A stretch of DNA of 64,000 nt from Clostridia bacterium (GTDB taxonomy: Bacteria; Bacillota; Clostridia; UMGS1883). The notes beneath the pieces are model-generated. The model was not told the origin of the DNA, did not search any database, and worked only from the letters and a program-made list of their open reading frames with translations. Made by a program: the position numbers and the translations under genes. Numbering within the stretch: the stretch's first letter is position 1; every line of letters starts with the position of its first letter. The stretch is from the NCBI GenBank assembly GCA_051866635.1, contig JBJDXJ010000038.1:64001-128000 (forward strand), given 5' to 3'. This document shows positions 36,547-46,026 of this stretch, piece after piece.

Positions 36547-37662
36547 TTAGTTAGTGATAACTCTTTCTGTTTCCTTGTCGAAAAGATGAATCTTTTCGGG
36601 GTCGAAAGCAACCTTAATTGTGTCACCAACCTTAGCTGTTGTAGTAGGCTTAACACGAGCTGTCATGTTGATTTCGTCAATTGTAAGGAACAAGAATGTT
36701 TCAGCACCCATCATTTCTGTTACGTCAACGTGAGCTTCAACAACATTGCCTGCATACTTTGCAAGAGAATCAGCATCATCGTAAAGGTCTTCGGGACGGA
36801 TGCCGAGAGTTACTACCTTACCTGCATAGCCTTCTTCAATAACCTTTGCAGCTCTGTCCTTAGAAAGGTTAATCTTCTTGCCTTCGCCGAATACAACAGA
36901 TACACCGTCGCCTTCCTTAACAACCTTAGCATCACAGAAGTTCATCTGAGGAGAACCGATGAAGCCTGCTACGAATACGTTACAAGGATCATCATAAAGT
37001 GTCTGAGGTGTATCAACCTGCTGGATGAAACCATCCTTCATAACAACAATTCTTGTACCCATTGTCATAGCTTCTGTCTGGTCATGAGTAACGTAAATGA
37101 ATGTTGTCTGGAGTCTCTGGTGAAGCTTTGTGATTTCTGTTCTCATCTGTACACGAAGCTTAGCATCAAGGTTGGAGAGAGGTTCGTCCATCAAGAATAC
37201 CTTGGGTTCACGCACGATAGCACGACCGAGAGCAACTCTCTGACGCTGACCACCGGAAAGAGCCTTGGGCTTTCTTTCAAGAAGATGTTCAATATCAAGG
37301 ATACGAGCAGCTTCATGAACACGCTTGTTAATTTCTTCCTTGGGGGTCTTACGAAGTTTAAGACCAAATGCCATATTTTCAAATACGGACATATGAGGAT
37401 AAAGAGCATAGTTCTGGAAAACCATCGCAATATCTCTGTCCTTGGGAGCTATGTCGTTAACAAGACGGTCACCGATGTAAAGTTCACCTTCAGTGATTTC
37501 TTCCAAACCCGCAATCATACGGAGCGTTGTGGACTTACCGCAACCGGAAGGACCAACCATTATGATAAATTCCTTATCCTTAATTTCAAGGTTAAAGTCA
37601 TGAACGGCTGTAACACCGCCGGGATATTTCTTGTAGATGTGCTTGAGTGATAAGCTTGCCAT
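36547..37662 (-). CDS. Sugar ABC transporter ATP-binding protein (MsmX/MsmK/UgpC type)
   Basis: GPSGCGKS, FQNYALYPH, LSGGQRQR, DEPLSNLD, YVTHDQ, C-terminal TOBE region. Confidence 0.96.
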   Translation of the reverse strand: MASLSLKHIYKKYPGGVTAVHDFNLEIKDKEFIIMVGPSGCGKSTTLRMIAGLEEITEGELYIGDRLVNDIAPKDRDIAMVFQNYALYPHMSVFENMAFGLKLRKTPKEEINKRVHEAARILDIEHLLERKPKALSGGQRQRVALGRAIVREPKVFLMDEPLSNLDAKLRVQMRTEITKLHQRLQTTFIYVTHDQTEAMTMGTRIVVMKDGFIQQVDTPQTLYDDPCNVFVAGFIGSPQMNFCDAKVVKEGDGVSVVFGEGKKINLSKDRAAKVIEEGYAGKVVTLGIRPEDLYDDADSLAKYAGNVVEAHVDVTEMMGAETFLFLTIDEINMTARVKPTTTAKVGDTIKVAFDPEKIHLFDKETERVITN

Positions 37663-37816
37663 TAGTAATTACCTCCTAAAATTTCAAGGTACAATGTACC
37701 TTAACTTTATATCAATAGTATAACATAAAGATTTTTTTTTGCCAATGCACCAAATTACCAAAATTACAAAAATATATTTGTGAGTATTGTATAGAAAATA
37801 GTTCTTGACAGGGTTT

Positions 37817-38515
37817 TCAAAGGGTTCCCCCAATTATGTTAACCTCTTCCTGTGTAAGATAGCGGTATTCCCCCGGTGACAAATCAGGGTCCAACGGAAG
37901 GGAAGCAAATGATATTCTTTTTAAATAAATCACCTTGTTTTCAACGGCTTCAAACATTTTTTTCACCTGATGGAACTTACCCTCCACAATAGTTATTACA
38001 CATTCATTTTCACTTTCCATAACTATCTTTGAGGGCATAGTTATATAACCACCTATGTCAACCCCATTTTCGATTTTCATGCGGTCACATTCCGTCAAAG
38101 GGTACATAAGTCTTGCGAAATATTCCTTGCCAACCTTTTTTGAGGGTGATAAAAGATTGTGGGCAGTTTGTCCGTCATTTGTCAAAAGCAGAAAGCCTTC
38201 GGTGTCAATATCAAGCCTGCCTGCCGGGAAGAGGTCGTATCGCTTAAAGTTTTCGGGAAGTAAGTCCAAAACGGTTTTCTGCCTTTTGTCGTCTGTGGCA
38301 CTGACATAGCCTTGGGGCTTATTCATCATAAGATAAATGAACTTTTTATATTCTGCCTCTTTCCCGTTAACTGAAAGAGAAGCCCTTTCGTTTACATCGC
38401 ATCCTGCATCCTTTATTATTTCCCCATTTATAGAAACAAGTCCCTTTTTTATTAAATTTTTAGCATCTTTTCTTGTAATGCCGATAGCATCGGAAACAAG
38501 TTTGTCTAATCTCAT
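37817..38515 (-). CDS. RsuA-family rRNA pseudouridine synthase
   Basis: MRLDK S4 domain, NKPQG, GRLDIDTEG, EGKFHQVKKMF. Confidence 0.93.
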   Translation of the reverse strand: MRLDKLVSDAIGITRKDAKNLIKKGLVSINGEIIKDAGCDVNERASLSVNGKEAEYKKFIYLMMNKPQGYVSATDDKRQKTVLDLLPENFKRYDLFPAGRLDIDTEGFLLLTNDGQTAHNLLSPSKKVGKEYFARLMYPLTECDRMKIENGVDIGGYITMPSKIVMESENECVITIVEGKFHQVKKMFEAVENKVIYLKRISFASLPLDPDLSPGEYRYLTQEEVNIIGGTL

Positions 38516-38536
38516 GTAATTCTCTCCAAAAAGCGG

Positions 38537-38908
38537 TTATAAAAGCCCTGTCATAAATCCGTCTATGCTTACAGAGGATATATCACCGCCTATAATTTCG
38601 TTTTTATACATTATAATATTGGCATTGCATTTGCCGAAGGGGTGGTTGTATATTTCATAGGTGTACATTACACATTCCTTCCCCTTGAAATTTTCAAGGT
38701 CAAAACCTGCCTCCTTCTGAATTTCATTATAGTTATTATACACCATATCAAACTCTTTTGGAATAGTAAATGTTTTTTTTGAATAATTTTCGGAAAATTC
38801 GTAACCAAGGGCTGTGAGAAAGTCTTTGGGCGACTGTTCTTTAAAAGCGGAAAAAATAAGAATGGCACAGAGGGATAATAAAACTAAATTTTTAGTATTG
38901 AACTTCAT
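38537..38908 (-). CDS. DUF4830-like small exported protein
   Basis: IPKEFDMVYNNYNEIQKEAGFDL..KGK, IIGGDISS..DGFM. Confidence 0.7.
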   Translation of the reverse strand: MKFNTKNLVLLSLCAILIFSAFKEQSPKDFLTALGYEFSENYSKKTFTIPKEFDMVYNNYNEIQKEAGFDLENFKGKECVMYTYEIYNHPFGKCNANIIMYKNEIIGGDISSVSIDGFMTGLL

Positions 38909-38976
38909 ACTGAATTATATGTTTAAAAAGGCGGATGTATAACCGCCTTTTGTCATTAATTACCTGTTTCGGTAGA

Positions 38977-39011
38977 TTTTACCAAATGGGGTCTGACCCC
39001 ATTTGGTAAAA
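38977..39011. repeat. 35-bp perfect palindrome with GGGGTCTGACCCC core (REP-like)
   Basis: ttttaccaaatggggtc-t-gaccccatttggtaaaa. Confidence 0.85.
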
Positions 39012-39146
39012 AGTTAAGTTTTAAATGTTTACCATGCAGCAAGAAGTGCGTAATGAAATGAATAATCAATAATTAATCATTTTCGCCGTAATGCGAAAAT
39101 TTTCCGAAATTATTCATTATTAATTCTTAGTTATTAATTTTTATTA

Positions 39147-40361
39147 TTACTTTCCTGCCGCAATTTTTACGTTTGCCTGGTGCTTTGCATTAACCATTCC
39201 GTCGTTATGGCGTATTGAATTAAGAAAATGGATGTCAAATACACCGTGGGCATTGTTGCCCTTTACCCAGTCATAGTTATAGCCCGCACCGTAATTGTCG
39301 CTTCGCCAGCTTGTCCATACGCCGCCTTGTGCGTTGTCGTTTCCGGCATGGAGCATACTTGTAGCCGATGCGGCAATCTTTCTGCCGTTGTAAATAATAA
39401 TTACAGGTCTGCTTGTCCAGTTTTGACCGCCAAAAATTGAGTTCATCTTAGCTGTGTCCGATGCAGTCAAGGGTTCACAGTCTGCGTGTCCCGAACCTGT
39501 GGTTCTTTTTGCTGTGAAAGACTGACCTGTATAAAAATCCTGAACGGTAAAAACTGCACCTACGGGCACCACGTACTGTGCCCCGGTCCACCAATCAAGA
39601 TATTCGCCGTATTTTGACCCGGGTGTACTTGTGACGGGCACGTGGTGGACAGGTATTGTAAGTTTCTGCCCAGCATAAATATAAGATGATTCCGTAAGTT
39701 TGTTTGTTTCTAAAAGCTCGCTCATGGGTATACCGTAATTGTTTGCAATGTTCCAGTAGGTGTCACCTGATTTAACTGTGTATGTAATATATGTTACGTA
39801 AGGCTTGGAAGAAGATGAAGAAGTTGATGAAGAGGAAGATGACGATGACGAAGACGAACCTGAAGGGATTACTACCCTGTCACCGATTTCAAGCTGTGAA
39901 GTATTTGTGGCACCGTTAGCTTTTAAAAGAGTGTTAAAATCCACTTTATACTGCTGTGAAATTGTCCAGTATGTATCACCTTTTTTTACAATGTGAACAT
40001 TTGATGCCCCGGGGATAATTACCTTGTCGCCAATTTCAAGATGAGAAGAAGTAGTAGCGTTATTTGCCGCAAGTAATGTGTTGAAGTCAACACCGTATCT
40101 TTGAGAAATTGTCCAGTAAGTATCGCCCTTTTTTACAGTGTAGATTGTTGCATCCGTGGGTACGTATACCTTATCTCCAATTTCAAGCTGTGAGGAGGTT
40201 GTGGCACCGTTTGCCTTTAAAAGTGCGTTAAAATCAACGTTATACTGTTGTGAAATTGTCCAGTAAGTGTCCCCCTTTTTGACAGTGTGCGTTGCCGCTT
40301 GTGCATTGGCTGATAACAATAATGCAGATAATCCAAGCGGAATAATTCGTTTTAGTTTCAT
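39147..40361 (-). CDS. Secreted 4x LysM protein with Ser-rich linker and uncharacterised C-terminal domain
   Basis: Start MKLKRIIP after aaaggag; four VKxGDTYWxI repeats. The ORF-track extension to 40688 overlaps hydG and is not accepted. Confidence 0.9.
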   Translation of the reverse strand: MKLKRIIPLGLSALLLSANAQAATHTVKKGDTYWTISQQYNVDFNALLKANGATTSSQLEIGDKVYVPTDATIYTVKKGDTYWTISQRYGVDFNTLLAANNATTSSHLEIGDKVIIPGASNVHIVKKGDTYWTISQQYKVDFNTLLKANGATNTSQLEIGDRVVIPSGSSSSSSSSSSSTSSSSSKPYVTYITYTVKSGDTYWNIANNYGIPMSELLETNKLTESSYIYAGQKLTIPVHHVPVTSTPGSKYGEYLDWWTGAQYVVPVGAVFTVQDFYTGQSFTAKRTTGSGHADCEPLTASDTAKMNSIFGGQNWTSRPVIIIYNGRKIAASATSMLHAGNDNAQGGVWTSWRSDNYGAGYNYDWVKGNNAHGVFDIHFLNSIRHNDGMVNAKHQANVKIAAGK

Positions 40362-40454
40362 GTTAATTCTCCTTTCAGCGGGACAATTGGTTCTTGCCCC
40401 TAAAAAGATTATTCGGGAAAAGCTATCAAAATCTTTTATGTAAATGTTGCCATA

Positions 40455-40482
40455 TTGACAAAAATTAAGAAAGTGATATAAT
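40455..40482 (+). promoter_or_regulatory. Sigma-A promoter upstream of hydG
   Basis: TTGACA-16 bp-TATAAT with TG extension. Confidence 0.6.
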
Positions 40483-40569
40483 GAATACGGCAATGGGGAA
40501 GAGTCTGACCTAAAGCTGTATATATACTGATGCCAAGGGAATTCCCAGGCAAAAGGGAGGAAGAAAAAT

Positions 40570-41994
40570 ATGATAAAATATGATATGTATTCTTCAAAAG
40601 CGGAAGAATTTATTAACCATGAGGAAATAATGGAAACGCTCAAGTATGCAGATGAGAATAAGAATAACCGTGAGCTTATTTTTTCCATTATTGAAAAGGC
40701 AAAGACTTATAAGGGTATTTCACACAGGGAAGCGGCAGTTTTGTTAGAATGTGAAATCGAAGAGGCAAATAATGAAATTTACAGCCTTGCAAAGGAAATA
40801 AAGGAAAAGTTTTACGGCAACCGTATTGTAATGTTTGCACCCCTTTATCTGTCAAACTATTGTGTAAACGGATGCGTGTACTGCCCTTACCACAGGCAGA
40901 ATAAAACAATACCCCGTAAAAAGCTCACCCAGGAGGAAATCCGAAATGAGGTTATCGCCCTTCAGGATATGGGTCACAAGCGTCTTGCCTTAGAGGCAGG
41001 GGAGGACCCTGTGAATAACCCCTTGGAATATATACTTGAAAGCATTAAAACAATTTATTCAATAAAGCATAAAAACGGTGCAATAAGGCGTGTGAACGTA
41101 AATATTGCGGCAACAAGCGTGGAAAACTATACAAAGCTTAAAGAGGCAGGCATAGGAACTTATATCCTGTTTCAGGAAACTTATCATAAGGAACATTACG
41201 AAAGCCTTCATCCCACAGGACCAAAGAGTAATTATGCTTACCATACCGAGGCTATGGACAGGGCTATGGACGGCGGTATTGACGATGTGGGCTTAGGTGT
41301 TCTTTTTGGCCTTAACCTTTACCGCTACGATTTGGTGGGCCTTTTAATGCACGCAGAACACTTGGAAGCGGCAAAGGGTGTAGGACCGCATACAATCAGT
41401 GTGCCCAGAATTTGTCCTGCAGACGATATTGATGTAAATGATTTCAGCGATGCAATTTCAAATGAAATTTTTGAAAAGATTGTTGCAATTATCCGTATTG
41501 CAGTTCCATATACAGGTATGATTATTTCAACTCGTGAAAGTAAGGAAGTAAGGGAAAGGGTTTTGAAATTAGGCATCAGCCAGATATCAGGCGGAAGCAG
41601 AACAAGTGTAGGCGGCTATGTTGACGAAGAAGTTTATGACGAGTCTACAAGCCAGTTTGACCTCTCTGACAGAAGAACGTTGGATCAGGTTGTAAATTGG
41701 CTTATTGATATGGGGCATGTACCCTCCTTCTGCACGGCCTGTTACCGTGAGGGCAGAACAGGGGACAGATTTATGAAACTTTTGAAATCGGGACAGATTA
41801 TAAACTGCTGTCACCCCAACGCCCTTATGACATTGAAGGAATATTTAATGGACTACGCAAGTGAGGACACAAGGGAAAAAGGCGAGAAGATAATAGAACA
41901 GGAAATTGAAAAAATAACAAATGAAAAAGTGAAAGAAAGGGCAAAACAAAACCTTATCGATATTGAAAAGGGTGTCCGTGATTTCAGATTTTAA
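40570..41994 (+). CDS. hydG: [FeFe]-hydrogenase H-cluster radical SAM maturase
   Basis: FAPLYLSNYCVNGCVYC (CX3CX2C), GHKRLALEAGE, C-terminal SFCTACYR...CHPNA auxiliary-cluster motif. Confidence 0.93.
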   Translation: MIKYDMYSSKAEEFINHEEIMETLKYADENKNNRELIFSIIEKAKTYKGISHREAAVLLECEIEEANNEIYSLAKEIKEKFYGNRIVMFAPLYLSNYCVNGCVYCPYHRQNKTIPRKKLTQEEIRNEVIALQDMGHKRLALEAGEDPVNNPLEYILESIKTIYSIKHKNGAIRRVNVNIAATSVENYTKLKEAGIGTYILFQETYHKEHYESLHPTGPKSNYAYHTEAMDRAMDGGIDDVGLGVLFGLNLYRYDLVGLLMHAEHLEAAKGVGPHTISVPRICPADDIDVNDFSDAISNEIFEKIVAIIRIAVPYTGMIISTRESKEVRERVLKLGISQISGGSRTSVGGYVDEEVYDESTSQFDLSDRRTLDQVVNWLIDMGHVPSFCTACYREGRTGDRFMKLLKSGQIINCCHPNALMTLKEYLMDYASEDTREKGEKIIEQEIEKITNEKVKERAKQNLIDIEKGVRDFRF

Positions 41995-42007
41995 ATTATA
42001 ACAAAGG

Positions 42008-42045
42008 AAAGAGGTTTTGCACTGCAGAGCCTCTTTTGATTTTTT
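42008..42045 (+). terminator. hydG terminator
   Basis: aaagaggttttgc-act-gcagagcctctttt followed by gattttt. Confidence 0.7.
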
Positions 42046-42077
42046 GAAAAGAGTATGAGCAAGAATAATTAAAAAAT

Positions 42078-42140
42078 AATTTATCATACTTGACAAATTA
42101 GGTGCTAGATATTATTATAATTATGCAGATATGACAAATT
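42078..42140 (+). promoter_or_regulatory. TA promoter with two imperfect palindromic operator boxes
   Basis: TTGACA-17-TATTAT; boxes aatttatca-tact-tgacaaatt and aattatgca-gata-tgacaaatt. Confidence 0.6.
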
Positions 42141-42153
42141 AAAAGGTGATGGT

Positions 42154-42495
42154 ATGAAAATGGCAGGTAATGAAAGTGAACAAACTATTTTAAAGGAGTT
42201 AAGTCTTCGGATTAAACAATATCGCATATCATTAAATTTGACTCAAGCAGAGCTGGCTGAAAAAGCGGGAGTTTCTTCAAGCACAGTAGTGCGTCTTGAA
42301 GACGGTGCTGATTTGAAAATTTCAAATTATTTAAAAATTTTAAGTAGCTTAGGGCTTGCTCAGAATTTAGATATACTTATCCCCGAACCCCAGGAGGATT
42401 TTAAAGCATTATATGAAAAAAAGCCCCCAAGACAGCGGGTGAAGCAAAGTATGTATAAAACTAAAACCAATTGGGTTTGGGGCGAAGATAAGTAA
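42154..42495 (+). CDS. XRE-family HTH protein, HipB-like antitoxin
   Basis: RISLNLTQAELAEKAGVSSSTVVRLEDG; directly upstream of a HipA-family gene. Confidence 0.85.
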   Translation: MKMAGNESEQTILKELSLRIKQYRISLNLTQAELAEKAGVSSSTVVRLEDGADLKISNYLKILSSLGLAQNLDILIPEPQEDFKALYEKKPPRQRVKQSMYKTKTNWVWGEDK

Positions 42496-42516
42496 ATTAT
42501 GTAAGAGGTGCAATTT

Positions 42517-43812
42517 ATGGACATACGAACTGTTAAGGTTAATTTATGGGGTACGCCAATCGGGTATCTCCACAGACAGGACAACGGCTTAATAGGCTTT
42601 CAGTATGATGAGGATTTTATTTCAAGCGGAATTGAAGTCGCACCGATTAAAATGCCTCTGTCAGATTTGACTTATTCTTTTCCTGCTTTGCCCGAAGAAA
42701 CCTTCAGCGGACTTCCCGGTATGATCGCTGATTCTCTGCCTGACAAATTCGGTAATATTGTAATCAAAAGCTATCTGGAAAGTCAAGGGAAGACAAAGGA
42801 CAGTCTGGGTGTGCTGGAAAAGTTGTGTTATACCGGCAAAAGAGGAATGGGTGCATTGGAATATGAGCCTTCAACAGATATTGTTCATATGAACGAGAAA
42901 GTTGATATTGATGCTCTCACAAAGCTTGCTTCGGATATTCTTTCCGAAAGGGAGGGCGTACAAATAAATTATGATGAAAATATGATAGCACAGCTAATGC
43001 AAGGAAGCTCCTCTGTAGGCGGTGCAAGAGCAAAAACTCTTATTGCATGGAATCCTGAAACAAATATTATTCGTTCAGGGCAAATAAATGCAGGGAAAGG
43101 CTTTGAATATTGGCTTTTGAAATTTGATGATATTTCAAACAACACTGATAAGGACTTGAAGCCTGACGGTGAAGAATATACGAAAATTGAATATGCATAT
43201 TATCTGATGGCAAAGGATGCCGGCATTAAAATGAGTGAATGTATGTTGTTCAAAGAAAATGGCAGAGCCCATTTTATGACAAAAAGATTTGACCGTAAAG
43301 GTGCAAATGGCGAAAAACTCCATATGCAGAGTTTATGTGCAATGGCACATATGGATTTTAATTCTCCAAGGATGTACTCCTATGAAGATGCTTTTAATGT
43401 TATGAGGCAGTTGAAGCTTCCCCACGCTGACTTTGTTCAGCTTTATAAAAGAATGCTGTTTAACGAATGTGCCAAAAACTATGATGATCATACAAAGAAT
43501 ATAACATTTTTGATGGATAAAAAAGGTGTGTGGAGATTATCACCGGCATATGATATAACTTTTTCCTATAACAAAAACAGTACATGGGTAAATGCTCACC
43601 AAATGCTTATAAATGGTAAAGCTGAAGATATAACAACGGAGGATGTATTAAATGTTGCTGAAAAAGCAGGCATTAAAAAATCTGAAGCCTCAAAGTGCAT
43701 TGAGCAGGTTTTAGGTGCATTGTCAAAATGGGAAGAATTTGCCAAAAGTGCCGGTTTAACAGAAAAAAATGCCGAAAATATAAAAGGATACTTCAGGTTC
43801 CAATTAGACTAA
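42517..43812 (+). CDS. HipA-family Ser/Thr kinase toxin
   Basis: DSLPDKFG, SSVGGARAK, WLLKFD, KRFDR, NYDDHTKN, LSPAYD. Confidence 0.92.
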   Translation: MDIRTVKVNLWGTPIGYLHRQDNGLIGFQYDEDFISSGIEVAPIKMPLSDLTYSFPALPEETFSGLPGMIADSLPDKFGNIVIKSYLESQGKTKDSLGVLEKLCYTGKRGMGALEYEPSTDIVHMNEKVDIDALTKLASDILSEREGVQINYDENMIAQLMQGSSSVGGARAKTLIAWNPETNIIRSGQINAGKGFEYWLLKFDDISNNTDKDLKPDGEEYTKIEYAYYLMAKDAGIKMSECMLFKENGRAHFMTKRFDRKGANGEKLHMQSLCAMAHMDFNSPRMYSYEDAFNVMRQLKLPHADFVQLYKRMLFNECAKNYDDHTKNITFLMDKKGVWRLSPAYDITFSYNKNSTWVNAHQMLINGKAEDITTEDVLNVAEKAGIKKSEASKCIEQVLGALSKWEEFAKSAGLTEKNAENIKGYFRFQLD

Positions 43813-43941
43813 AATGAAGTTACGTTGTCAAAGCGTGAACTTTTTAATGAAAAATGTTAAAAAACTCTTTTCAAATGACTATTTATTTGATACAATTATC
43901 GTATGTAATTATGCAAAGTAAATCATAAAGGAGAGTTATGT

Positions 43942-44649
43942 ATGCAACCTAAGTACAAAAGAGTTCTTTTAAAGGTAAGCGGTGAAGCTTTGGCAGGGGA
44001 TAAGGGCTTCGGTCTTGATCAGCCTACTATTGATGCAATATGCGAAAAAATTAAAAAGTGTGCTGAAACAGGCGTTGAAATAGCTGTTGTTGTAGGCGGA
44101 GGTAACTTCTGGAGAGGCAGAAGCGGCGAAAATATGGACAGAAGCCGTGCTGACCACATGGGTATGCTTGCAACTGTTATCAATTCTTTGGCACTTTGCT
44201 CTGCATTGGAAGCTATAGGTGTAACAACACGTGTTCAGACTGCCATCGAAATGCGTCAGATTGCCGAACCTTATATCCGTGGTAAGGCAAACAGCCATCT
44301 TAACCGCGGAAGGGTTGTAATTTTCGGATGCGGTACAGGTAACCCCTTCTTCTCAACAGATACAGCGGCTGCACTGCGTGCTGCAGAAATCAATGCAGAT
44401 GTAATTTTGCTTGCTAAAAAGGTTGACGGTGTTTACGATTCCGACCCCAACGTAAACCCCGATGCAGTAAAGTTTGACACCCTTACTTATTCTGAAGTTC
44501 TTGCAAGGGATTTAAAGGTTATGGACTCCACTGCAACAGCTCTTTGCCGTGATAACAAAATGCCCATTCATGTATTCGGATTGGACGATCCCGAAAATAT
44601 TTACCATGCAGTTATGGGCGAGGCTATCGGCACTATGGTAAGAGAGTAA
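43942..44649 (+). CDS. pyrH: UMP kinase
   Basis: [33 protein letters not shown]. Confidence 0.97.
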   Translation: MQPKYKRVLLKVSGEALAGDKGFGLDQPTIDAICEKIKKCAETGVEIAVVVGGGNFWRGRSGENMDRSRADHMGMLATVINSLALCSALEAIGVTTRVQTAIEMRQIAEPYIRGKANSHLNRGRVVIFGCGTGNPFFSTDTAAALRAAEINADVILLAKKVDGVYDSDPNVNPDAVKFDTLTYSEVLARDLKVMDSTATALCRDNKMPIHVFGLDDPENIYHAVMGEAIGTMVRE

Positions 44650-44689
44650 TTGAGTTAATAATTTAAAGAAAAACATTTATGAAAGGAAG

Positions 44690-45250
44690 ATGAATATTAT
44701 GGAAAAATACCCTGAAATTACAAAAAGAATGGATAAAGCCATTGCATACTACAAGGACGATTTAAACACTATCAGAGTGGGCAGAGCCAATGCGGCTGTT
44801 CTTGACAAGGTAGCGGTTGATTATTACGGAACAATGACCCCCATTGCACAGGTTGGTACAATTTCAACACCCGACCCCAGAACTCTTTGCATACAGCCTT
44901 GGGACGGAACACTTCTCAAAGCTATAGAAAAGGCAATTTTAGCATCTGAAGTAGGTATCACACCCCAGAACGACGGTAAGGTTATCCGTCTTAATTTCCC
45001 TCAGCTTACAGAAGAAAGACGTAAGGAACTTAGCAAAACAGTGTCCAAGAAGGGCGAAGAAGCAAAGGTCAGCGTAAGAAATGTACGTCGTGATGCTATG
45101 GACGAATACAAGGCAATGAAGAAAAAGAACGAAATTACAGAGGACGATTTGAAGAGTACAGAAAAAGATATCCAGGATCTTACCGATATGAAGATTAAGG
45201 AAATCGATGTAATAACAGAAAAGAAACAGAAGGAAATTATGTCCATATGA
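44690..45250 (+). CDS. frr: Ribosome recycling factor
   Basis: IRVGRAN, DYYG, IQPWD, LTEERRKEL, RNVRRD. Confidence 0.97.
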   Translation: MNIMEKYPEITKRMDKAIAYYKDDLNTIRVGRANAAVLDKVAVDYYGTMTPIAQVGTISTPDPRTLCIQPWDGTLLKAIEKAILASEVGITPQNDGKVIRLNFPQLTEERRKELSKTVSKKGEEAKVSVRNVRRDAMDEYKAMKKKNEITEDDLKSTEKDIQDLTDMKIKEIDVITEKKQKEIMSI

Positions 45251-45999
45251 AAATAAAGGACTTTTTCCGTAAAAAAGCCTTAGAGCAAAAAGTGGACTTT
45301 GATAACTTACCTGAGCATATCGGAATTATTATGGACGGAAACGGCAGATGGGCGAAGAAACGCGGTCTGCCCCGTACCTCCGGTCACGCTGTAGGTGCAA
45401 AAACATTTGAGCGAATTGTTGAGTATGCCGGTAACATCGGTGTAAAGGTTGTTACCGTGTATGCTTTTTCGACTGAAAACTGGAAGAGACCAAAAGAAGA
45501 AGTTGACGCACTTATGAATATCCTTGAGGATTATCTGGACCATGGCCTTCAAAGATTGGCAGGCAGAGATGTGCAGATACACTTTATAGGCGACAGAAGT
45601 GCATTTTCGGACTCTTTCCGTGAAAAACAGCTCTACATGGAAAAGGCCACTGAAAATAACAGTGGTCTTTTGCTTAATGTTGCATTAAACTACGGCGGAC
45701 GTGACGAGGTTATAAAAGCGGTAAAAGAAATTGCCCAATTGGTTAAGGAAGGCAAAATGGAAGTTGATGATATATGTGAGGAAGAAATTTCAAAAAGAAC
45801 ATATACCGCTTCCCAACCCGACCCAGACCTTATTATCCGTCCGTCAGGTGAGTATAGGTTAAGTAACTTTTTCCTTTGGCAATCTGCCTATAGTGAACTG
45901 TGGTTCTCTAACATTTTATGGCCTGATTTCTCAAACGAGGACTTACTTGAGGCTATATATGACTATCAACAGCGTACACGTCGTTTCGGCGGTGTGTAA
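45247..45999 (+). CDS. uppS: Undecaprenyl/isoprenyl diphosphate synthase
   Basis: IIMDGNGRWA, YAFSTENW, NYGGR, IRPSGEYRLSNF, RRFGG. Confidence 0.96.
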   Translation: MKIKDFFRKKALEQKVDFDNLPEHIGIIMDGNGRWAKKRGLPRTSGHAVGAKTFERIVEYAGNIGVKVVTVYAFSTENWKRPKEEVDALMNILEDYLDHGLQRLAGRDVQIHFIGDRSAFSDSFREKQLYMEKATENNSGLLLNVALNYGGRDEVIKAVKEIAQLVKEGKMEVDDICEEEISKRTYTASQPDPDLIIRPSGEYRLSNFFLWQSAYSELWFSNILWPDFSNEDLLEAIYDYQQRTRRFGGV

Positions 46000-46026
46000 T
46001 ATGTACTATAGAAAGGTGCTCAAAAT

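Noticed and set aside
36532-37650. 372-aa plus-strand ORF
   Set aside because: Antisense shadow of the clearly conserved ABC ATPase; the many other short overlapping ORFs in the track are rejected for the same reason.
40485-40569. Riboswitch (TPP or fluoride) in the hydG leader
   Set aside because: Only loose resemblance (ggcaatgg..ctgatgcc); conserved cores could not be matched by eye. An Rfam search would settle it.
40362-40688. N-terminal extension of the LysM ORF
   Set aside because: Overlaps hydG and its promoter; SD and signal peptide mark 40361 as the start.
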